DNA of 40,376 nt, taken from contig PS015269.1 of assembly GCA_048213135.1 (NCBI GenBank), forward strand, positions 1-40,376, given 5' to 3'. This DNA comes from Reclinomonas americana ATCC 50394. Its lineage: Eukaryota. Position numbers and translations under genes: made by a program. The notes below the pieces were generated by a model. It saw nothing but the letters and a program-made list of their open reading frames with translations. It had not been told where the DNA came from and did not search any database. Shown here piece after piece: positions 32,078 through 40,376 of the stretch (position 1 is its first letter; the number at the start of each line of letters is the position of its first letter).

Positions 32078-35000
32078 CTTCTTTCTTCTATTATTGCTTG
32101 CTTTCTTGCTTGTTTACTTTCTTTTCTTACTTAGTTTCTTTGTCTTTCGTTCTCCCTCTCCACCCCGTTCTGCACACTCACCCTCTCTTCCCCTCTTTCA
32201 TCGCTTCCCCTCCCCAACCCCTTTCTATCTCAACCCCTTCCCTCTTCCCATCCTTCCCCTCATTCTCCACCCCCCTTCCCCTCCCCACCCCCCTTCCCCT
32301 CCCCACCCTCCTTTTCCCTCCCCACCCCCTTCCCCTCTCTCCCCCTTCCCCTATGTCGCAGGCCACCCGCAACTACACGCAAAAGGACATCATGCTCACC
32401 CGCGAGCGTGAGCAACTCGCGCGACTGCACGCGGAGCGCGAACGCACCGCCGCCGAAATCCGCGAGGTGTGCCCCGATGGCGACGTGGAGTCCGCATGCA
32501 AGGCTGCCAGAGACAGCCTGGACAAGGCCAACAAGTTTCGTGTGCCCTCTTGCCGACGTGCAATGCATAGGACTTTTCCTCATTCTGTTCTGCAGGAAAA
32601 AGCTGAAGCTCGACATGCTCGAATCGCAGAATGCCGCGTGGCGCGAGTCCGCCGACCACCACAACCGATGTGATGTGTGCCGGCGCGACTTTCATGGCGA
32701 CGAAGAGAAAAAGGCGTTTGTCAGCAGGGTGAGTTTCCGAGGACAAGTGAGCGAGAGAGAGAGTCTTTGTATTCATCATTTCTCTTCTCTCTTGCGCAGT
32801 GCACGTCGCGCATCGAAAAAGCGCCAAAAAAGCGAGAGGCGAACAGGGCCGCCGTGGCGCGAGAGGACGCGCGAGTGACAGCGCTGCAGCGGTTGCTGCC
32901 GCAGAGCGCAAGGGTGCGACCGCGCGAAGTATCCTTCTCCTTTTGCTTTATCTCATCCTTCTCCTTGCGTCACGCAGCTTCACGAGATTGAGCAGGTCGA
33001 CATTCCGCGCTGCACGTCGGCGGTCGACACTCTGGAGGAGGAGGTCGGAACACTGCGCCGTCAAGTCAACCGTCTCACCGACGTGCTGCAAGAATGCAAG
33101 GTATGTGGATTTGTTTGTATCTTTCCTCTCATCTCTCACTCTCTTTCTCCTCGCCAGTCTGTGTTCTCCGCCCCTCTCGCTCCACTTCTCTAATTTGGAC
33201 CTTATGTATCCACTCCTGTCTTATTTCTTTCACTTTCTTTCTCTCTTGCCTTGGTTCTCTCGCGTGCTTCCTTACCGCTTTCCATGTCCCTCATGCCAAT
33301 CTTCCCTCTGCTTTCTTACTCTCTTGCCTTGATTCTCTCGCCCTGCTTCCTTACCCCTTTCCATGTCCCTCATGCCAAGCTTCCCTCTTCCCCCTCGCTG
33401 TTCTCATTCAATGGTGCACAGGACCGCGTGGCCGGCGTTGAGTCTCTGCGAGCGGATGCAGTGCAATTGGAGGGCCTGCGAGCCGACGTGATTGTCGCCA
33501 CGGAGAATGCCAGCAAGCTGCAGTCGCAGCTGAGTCGGTCGAGTGGATCACGGTCGTACGACGAGCTGCAACGACGGCGCGATGAGTTGCAGACTGAGAG
33601 GTTTGGTCGTGCACGGCCAGAGCTTTCTCTTCCTCTCTCCTTCCTTCCTGATTCCCCACCACAGCGACAAGCTGGCATTCGAGCTGCAGCAACTGCAGCA
33701 ACGATATGACGGTCTCAACGCTGAGCTGCAGAACGCCACGCAGGCGGCGAGTGAGCAACGCGAGCGAGTGAATCAGCTGACGGCCGATTTCCAGCGCCTG
33801 AAGGAGTTGGAGGTGGAGGTGGAGCGCGATCAGCTGGAGCTGGACACGCTCACGCGCAAGTACGAGGAGAGCGAGGCGCGGTGTCAGCCGCTACAAGGAG
33901 ACGTGCGCAAGCACACTGAGGTGCGGGGTGCTGCTGGCAGAGGTCACATTTCGATCGTCGTTAACCTTACTTGTCTGTGTGCAGGAGCGCGACAGGAAGC
34001 AGCGCGAGAACGTGGCAAGTGAGCGCGAGGTGCAGCAAATGTACTCTGACGTGCAGAAAATGGAGGCCAAGACCAGCGCGCTGCTCGCCGACATTACCAG
34101 GTTGCGTGCCAGCGCCGTTTCGCATTTCTTTTTCATCCCCTCATCTCTCTCTTCTCTCGCCAGTGTGCGAAAGCAATGCACGCCACAGTTGCTGGCCGAC
34201 TCGGCCGCTCGTGTCGAGGAGCAGGGCGCCAAGTACGAGGCCTGCAAGGCCGAGCTGACCAAGCTGACTGACGACATTGCCAATTGTCGTCAACAGCTGA
34301 ACAGCAGCCAGTTGAACAAGGTGAGCTGTGGGCAGGTGCCGCCGTGGTCCTTGTTTGCTGGTGTGCCCTCACATTCTTCGCACAGCGCACTATCCACGAC
34401 ACTCTCCTGTTGCGGAAGAAGAAGAGTGAGCAGGCCGAGTGCGAGGAGCGGCTGAAGTTGGCCACTGGCAAATTGCTGGCCACCAATGTCGACCGGCTCA
34501 AGTCGGATGTCGACGATGCGCAGCGGAAGCTGAGGGAGATGGAGAACAATGTTGCGTGTGCCTGTGATTCAGTACGCGCGACGTGGCCTCTCACTCCTTC
34601 AGTCTCTGTGTGCAGGCCGCTCAACTGGAGGGCATGCGTCTCGCCACACAGCAGCACATAACGTCGCTCGAGCGCGACCTGATGGTCGAAAAGTACCGGT
34701 ACGCCGACCGCAACTTCCGCAACACGCTCATCAAGGTGCGCACCATCGAGGTGGCTGTGCGTGACCTGGAAAAGTACCGCGCAGCGCTGGAAAAGGTATG
34801 TCGCCTTCTCACCATCTCTACTTTCATTTTGTCTCTCATCTCTTTTTCCCCCCAAGGTGATGCGTGCGTACCACGCCAACAAGATGCGTGAGATCAACCA
34901 AATCATCCGCGAGCTGTGGCAAAAGACGTACAAGGGCACCGACATTGAGTATATTGAGATTGTGTCGGACGCCGAGGCCACCGGCGGCAACAAGCGCAAC

Positions 35001-35675
35001 TCGTTCAATTACCGCGTGGTGATGCACCGCGGTGGCGCAGCGCTGGATATGCGCGGTCGATGCAGTGCCGGTCAGAAGGTGCTGGCCAGTCTGATCATTC
35101 GCCTGGCGCTGGCGCAGGCGTTTTGCATTCAGTGTGGCGTGATTGCGCTGGACGAGCCGACCACGAATTTGGATGCCGACAATGTGGCCAGTTTGGCCGA
35201 TGCGCTGCAGGCGTTGCGTGAGAGGGAGAGGAGGAGGGAGAGGGAGGGGGGAGAAAAGGGAAGCGGAGAGGGAGAGAGAGAGACTCCATGCAAACTACAG
35301 AAGGGCAGAGTGAGAGGTGTCTCTTCCCTACTTGTCTCCTTTTTTCTTGGAGCGATATGTTGACTTATTCTTTGTTCATGCAGTATTGTGCGCGACCGAC
35401 TTCACCAAGGTGTGTGCTGCGCGTCCCTGTCTCGATATTTCCGATCACTTATGATACTCGACGCAGCCAACTTCCAGCTGATTGTCATCACGCACGACGA
35501 GGGCTTTGTGCAACGTCTCGGCCGATCAGAGTGTTGCGTTTTGGTTGACGTGAGGGTTGCACGTCGATGGTCGCCGTCTTACATTCACTGTGCAGTCATC
35601 GACTCGTACTATCGCGTGTCGCGTGATCCGGCCACTCAGCACTCGGTGATCGAGAGGCAGAACTTTATGATATAA
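28238..35675 (+). CDS. RAD50: DNA double-strand break repair ATPase RAD50
   Basis: At least 24 GT-AG introns splice in frame: [48 protein letters not shown]...FVHDPK...[12 protein letters not shown]...[10 protein letters not shown]. Long coiled coil with zinc hook CDVC (~32668-32680). C-terminus [24 protein letters not shown]...[11 protein letters not shown]...[10 protein letters not shown]...YYRVSR, stop TAA 35673-35675. Part of the N-terminal coil is lost in gaps. Confidence 0.98.
29070..29785. repeat. 19-bp minisatellite (gctccttgtctctcgccgc-like) in RAD50 intron 5
   Basis: Many degenerate tandem units inside intron 29025-29876. Confidence 0.9.
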
Positions 35676-35786
35676 TGAGGCTCAGTGTACATTGTTCACC
35701 GATGTATCGATGTGGTCGGTGGACAGCAGCACCTTAGAGTCCTGCGTCAATGTTGTCCTTTCTGTTGTATCTCTAGCATCTATCGA

Positions 35787-37005
35787 ATGAGCGAGGAGAC
35801 AGAGGGCTTTGGCGAAACAGGCGACTTTGAGGATGGTTCGTGGTGGTTGTCTGCACTCTCTCTCACTCTCTTCTTTCCTGCTGACGATCATGTGTTCTGC
35901 AGGCTTGTTCAACTGCTTTTCCAACTGCAAGGTCTCTCTCCCTCTCTCTCTCACACACACACACTCTGTCTGCCTCTCACTAACTCTCCCCATGCAATGT
36001 GCAGCTGTGCGCGTGGGGCACATGCTGCCCGTGTCTCCTGCAGGTGCGCGCACATTTTCACCCGCTACATTGTGCGTTCGAATGCGCCGTCATCATCCTG
36101 CATTCTTCGCACCACACGTGCAGTGTGAGACTTGCTGGGTGGATCTCGATTTCTCCTTGTGTCGAGTGACCGAGTGGTTTGGCCTGTGCCCCGGCGCTCG
36201 TGAGACGTGCTGCAGCCGGCCCTCGTGTTCGTACTGCTGCAGTGTGTTCCCTTCAAGGTGCGCAGCGCCTTGCTGTTTCTGGATGTGAGCACTGGAGTGA
36301 TTCGTCCGTTCCCTCTTGTGTGTGTATGAGCAGAGACCATGGCTGCAGTGTGGGCGGTGATGAGGCGCCGTTGGTGCTGCTGTATGGCGCGGTGAGTTTG
36401 CTCGTTATCTGCTCGCGTGATCGTGAGCACAGGCGACTCATGTGCGCTGCAGTGCTGGATTGCTTGTATCCCGTGCATCGAGTTTTGTGCGATTCGACGG
36501 AAAATGCGTCGAAAGCTCCACTGTTTCGTCGGTGCCAAGGGCCATCTTCACTGTGTATCGATTTTTCTCATCTCAGGTCACATGTACAGATGCCCCGAAC
36601 AACCTGCGTGCGTCCCTCTCCTGTGCCCAGTCAACATTCCTCATCATGCTCACACAGACAGCTCATCGCAGAGGACTGTGCGGCATCCTTTTGCTGCTGG
36701 GTACGATTCGCAACTGTTGCTAGCTTTCAGGTGACATCTCACATTTGTTATTGTCGCTTTCGCAGCCATGCAGCGTATGCCAGGTAATGTCACTCCGTAT
36801 AACACTCCCTCGACTCTCAACTGACACACGCCACGCAGATGGCCCGAGTCGCCGCTGCGAAAATCCCGCCAAAAGTTGCCAAAAATCGGCAATTTCGCCC
36901 TGATGTGTCTCCATTTGCTCATCCTCTCCACTCCCTGCGCAGACGCCCTCGACCACCGCTCAGCCACAGAGCGTGGAGATGCAGACAGCATACAAGAGAG
37001 CATGA
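35787..37005 (+). CDS. PLAC8-family (cornifelin/PCR/CNR-like) Cys-rich protein, 11 exons
   Basis: Spliced product MSEETEGFGETGDFEDGLFNCFSNCKLCAWGTCCPCLLQ...CWIACIPCIEFCAIRRKMRRKLHYAPNNLQDCAASFCCWPCSVCQMARV...stop. It has the PLAC8 motifs GLFxCF...CxxGxxCPC and RxxxRxx...DCxxxxCCxxCxxCQ. The last exon (36943-37005) is tentative. Confidence 0.85.
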
Positions 37006-37209
37006 CGCAGTTGGGCCGCCATTTTTGTCACTCATTTATAAAAGCGAACACGCCCGAGCCAGTTTCTCCGACGCTGCTGGCTCTCTATGAGCGCGGAACA
37101 TTTGAAGAGCCCAAGTACGATTATCGCTTTTGTTGAGCGCAGGCAACACACTTGCACTGTGCGCTCTTCAACTCAAGCACTCCTTTCTCTTTTGTTTTGC
37201 TCCGACACG

Positions 37210-40200
37210 ATGGCGATAAGACACTTTCTCGTCCCGTTGTTCGTCCTCACTTTGTTTGCTGTGTTTGCCACGGGTGAGTGCACTGTTGAGTGTGTGAGGG
37301 AGTGAGAGAGACAGAGTGTGCTCACTGGTGCTTGTGTAGCTGTGGCCTCGCGATGCTCCTCTGACGATCAGTGCAATGCTCCTCATGGTGAGTTCTCCCT
37401 CTTTCAGCAGACGCGGGCGGCAGGCAGAGTGATGGAGGAGAGAGGGAGGGGAGGAGAGAGAGAGCAGGCTTGGGACGAGGTCGCTCCTCATGCTTCTCCT
37501 CATACCCTTCTCCTCACCCCTTCTCCCCATCCTCCTCCCCATCCTCCTCCCCATCCTCCTCCCCATCCTCCTCCCCATCCTCCTCCCCATCCTCCTCCCC
37601 ATCCTTCTCCCCATCCTCCTCCCCATCCTCCTCCCCATCCTCCTCCCCATCCTCCTCCCCACCCTGCTCCCCACTCTGCTCCCCACTCTGCTCCCCACTC
37701 TTCTCCTCACATCCTTCTCCTCACATCCTTCTCCTCACATCCTTCTCCTCACATCCTTCTCCTCACATCCTTCTCCTCACATCCTTCTCCTCACATCCTT
37801 CTCCTCACATCCTTCTCCTCACATCCTTCTCCTCACATCCTTCTCCTCATACCCTTCTCCTCACACCCTTCTCCTCACACCCTTCTCCTCATACCTTCTC
37901 CTCATACCCTTCTCCTCATAGCCTTCTCTTCACCCTTCTCTTCACCCTTCTCCTCACACCCTTCTCTTCACCCTTCTCCTCACACCCTTCTCCTCACACC
38001 CTTCTCCTCACACCCTTCTCCTCACACCCTTCTCCTCACACCCTTCTCCTCACACCCTTCTCCTCATACCTTCTCCTCATACCCTTCTCCTCATACCCTT
38101 CTCACACCCTCACCCTTCTCTTTCCCCGTCTCTTCTCCCCACCCTCACCCTTCTCCTTCTCCTCACCCTCCCCCCAGGTCGCTGTGTCGACGGCATGTGC
38201 ATGTGCACCAACCGCCTGGTCGGCGGCGAATCGTGCGAGTGCCACCCCGACATGACACACACGTGCCACTCGTACCCCTCGATCTACGCCGTGCCGACGG
38301 GCGATGGCACGCAAATGTGCGTCGACCTGGCCACCTGCATCAAGGCCAAGGGCGTGCTGATTGTGCCCGGCGAGCAACCGCCACCACCGGTGGTGAAGGC
38401 TGCTGTGACTCCGACGTGCTCCTCCAACTCGCACTGCAATTACCCGTACGGCTCGTGTGTCGATGGGTGAGTTTCTTCACTCTTCTGTTCCTTGCTTCAC
38501 TCTTATTTCTCATCGTCCTTTTCGTTTGCAGTGCATGCCGATGCCTCGGTCACCTTGTCGGTGGTGTGCACTGCCAGTGCCGCCCGACGACGGATCCCAC
38601 GCTGCGTTGCATGCGGCAGCCGGATGTGTACTCGGTGGCCGGCGTGTGCTCGGATCTGGCCGATTGTGTGGCGTGGACGGAGCGTGGTGTGTTGCCGGCG
38701 GCCATTCGTCCGCTTGACCCGTCGCGTGGAGAGGCGTGCTTGACCAACACCGACTGCGGTGCTCATGGTGCGTATGGGTGTGAGTTGCCTTCATCCCTCC
38801 CCTTCTTTCTCAAATCTCTCTTTATGTATCTCTCTCTCCTCTTCCCCGACAGGCACGTGCAACAAGGATACTCGGTGAGTCCCCCCGCATTACCTTCTCC
38901 ATTTCGCCCCTCCCCCTGCTGACTCCTTTTGTGTTGCTGCGCAGCAAATGCATCTGCAACAACGCATCTGTTGGCGGCCGCCAGTGCGGGTGTGTTCCCG
39001 ACGCGTCGACCTGCCCCTCGGCACCGTCGTCGTACTTTGTGGCCGGAGAGTGTGTCTCGCTGCGCGAGTGCATCGCCACCAGGGATCCACACCTGCATGT
39101 GGCCGACATGGCGCCGACGCTGCTGCAAGTGCGCGTGACCGGTGTGACCACCACCGAGTTCAATCCGCTCGACGCCGTGGTGGTGTTTGAGTTGACAACG
39201 GGTGGCGGGTTCCGTGTACCGGCCGCGTTCCCGGCCGGCGGCTACTCGCTCATCAACTACGGCGCCGGTGACTTGAGCATGGAGCCGGTGCACCGCGTGG
39301 AGTTGCCCGACGCGCTCAGCGAGACCGAAGCGAGCTTTTCGAACGTGCTGGTGTCGGGTCGCAACCTGCTCGTCTTCTCCTACATGGACACGTTTGGTCG
39401 TCCGATTGTGCACCACACCACGGTCTGGGGCGGCACCAACACGGTCACGGTGCAGCTGGTGGTCGGCAGCGACGGCAAGGAGCTGTTTAATGAGTCCGCG
39501 CACGTGACGGTGACCATGTTTGACGAGAGCAGCATCACGGTCGGTCCGCTGCTGGTGACGACCGGCACGGTCACGGTGCACAATGTGCCGTCCACCAACA
39601 TGTCGATTTATGCCGAGTCGGCGACTGGTGGCGGCGTGTCGGGTCACTATGGTGGCGTCCCGCGCAGCACCATGCAGGTGCGCATGTTGGGCTACCAGCA
39701 GCCGAGCACCGAGGACAACAACAACTTGTCGCACGCCGACATTGCTGGCTGGACGCCTTCGTCGCACGCGGCCGTGGCGGTGGCGGCGCACGTGGAGCTG
39801 TCGGACGAGCTGCCGCCGGACGGCATTGTTCGCCGCCACCCGCACGCCAGTCTGAGTGACATGCGTCGCGAGCGCTCCGAGGCGCACGCGGCGATTGGAC
39901 CCATGCCTGCCATGCCGAGCCATCACGCCGACCACTACGACACGCACCTCGACCTCGACCTGATGGCCAACACCAACTACGATGTGCACCTGTCGACCAG
40001 CTCGAGCTTCTCGGAGCAGACGCTCACGCGCGCCTTTGTGACCAAGCCGAAGACCACCTCGGTGCAAGTGCGCTACCGCTTTGTGACGCTGGAGTACACC
40101 TCGTTCTTCGGCACCGCCTTCAACGACTACTATCGCGTTCAGCTGCGCTCGCACCGCAACGACGACGAGGTGGTGGACAGTCGCAGCCTGAACTCGCTCG

Positions 40201-40376
40201 GCGCCTCGGCCTTCTCGGTGGCCCGCTTGCGCGACTCGGTCTTTGTCGGCTACACGTCGTGGATGGTGCTGGAGTTGCCGGTGGCCGGTGGCGACGCCGT
40301 GCAGCTCGACGTGACGGTGTCGAATGTGTCGGACAACCTGTACGATTCGCGGGTGGAGATCGACTATGTGCGCGAG
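37210..40376 (+). CDS. Secreted protein: signal peptide, 3 EGF-like Cys-rich repeats and a long beta-rich domain (3'-partial)
   Basis: Exons 37210-37273, 37340-37387, 38178-38466, 38532-38767, 38853-38874 and 38945 to window end, open with strong GC3 bias. N-terminus MAIRHFLVPLFVLTLFAVFATAVA. Three modules of the form CSSxxxCxxxxGxCxxxxCxCxxxxVGGxxCxC...C...CxxLxxC. C-terminal YRFVTLEYTSFFGTAFNDYY...VSNVSDNLYDSRVEID. Confidence 0.85.
37495..38110. repeat. 12-bp (ccccatcctcct) then 14-bp (ttctcctcacatcc) minisatellite, intronic
   Basis: Directly visible tandem arrays within intron 37388-38177. They explain the PHPP/LLPI/RRMG pseudo-ORFs. Confidence 0.92.

Noticed and set aside
37037-37044. 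TATAAAAG as TATA box of the secreted-protein gene
   Set aside because: It lies ~30 nt after the PLAC8 stop and could equally be a 3'-end signal. There is no TSS evidence.
38763-40154. 463-aa minus-strand ORF
   Set aside because: Antisense shadow of the GC3-rich plus-strand exon, which has a signal peptide and coherent splicing.

Overview
Gene-dense, very intron-rich eukaryotic (probably protist) draft scaffold with 10 N-gaps and many microsatellites. The six-frame ORF track is mostly misleading, so I spliced the genes by hand. In order: a TVP15/COPI_assoc-type Golgi membrane protein (-, shattered into micro-exons), the 3' half of AP-5 mu (AP5M1, -), two convergent orphan genes, an ABCB-like half transporter (+), a ~15-repeat TPR protein (-, ~43 introns), RAD50 (+), a PLAC8-family protein (+), and a secreted protein with 3 EGF-like Cys-rich modules plus a long intronless beta-rich domain (+, runs off the window). 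The main signal is the splicing system. About a third of the ~115 donors I traced are GTT-N-Y-G (27 are exactly GTTGCG). They lack +5G and mostly lack exonic -1G, whereas nearly all other donors carry -1G. This looks like a major class of +1-shifted/bulged U1-register 5' splice sites, known in mammals only as rare exceptions. It co-occurs with extreme micro-exons, including a frame-required 1-nt exon and two consecutive 3-nt exons. All counts are manual and need RNA-seq confirmation.
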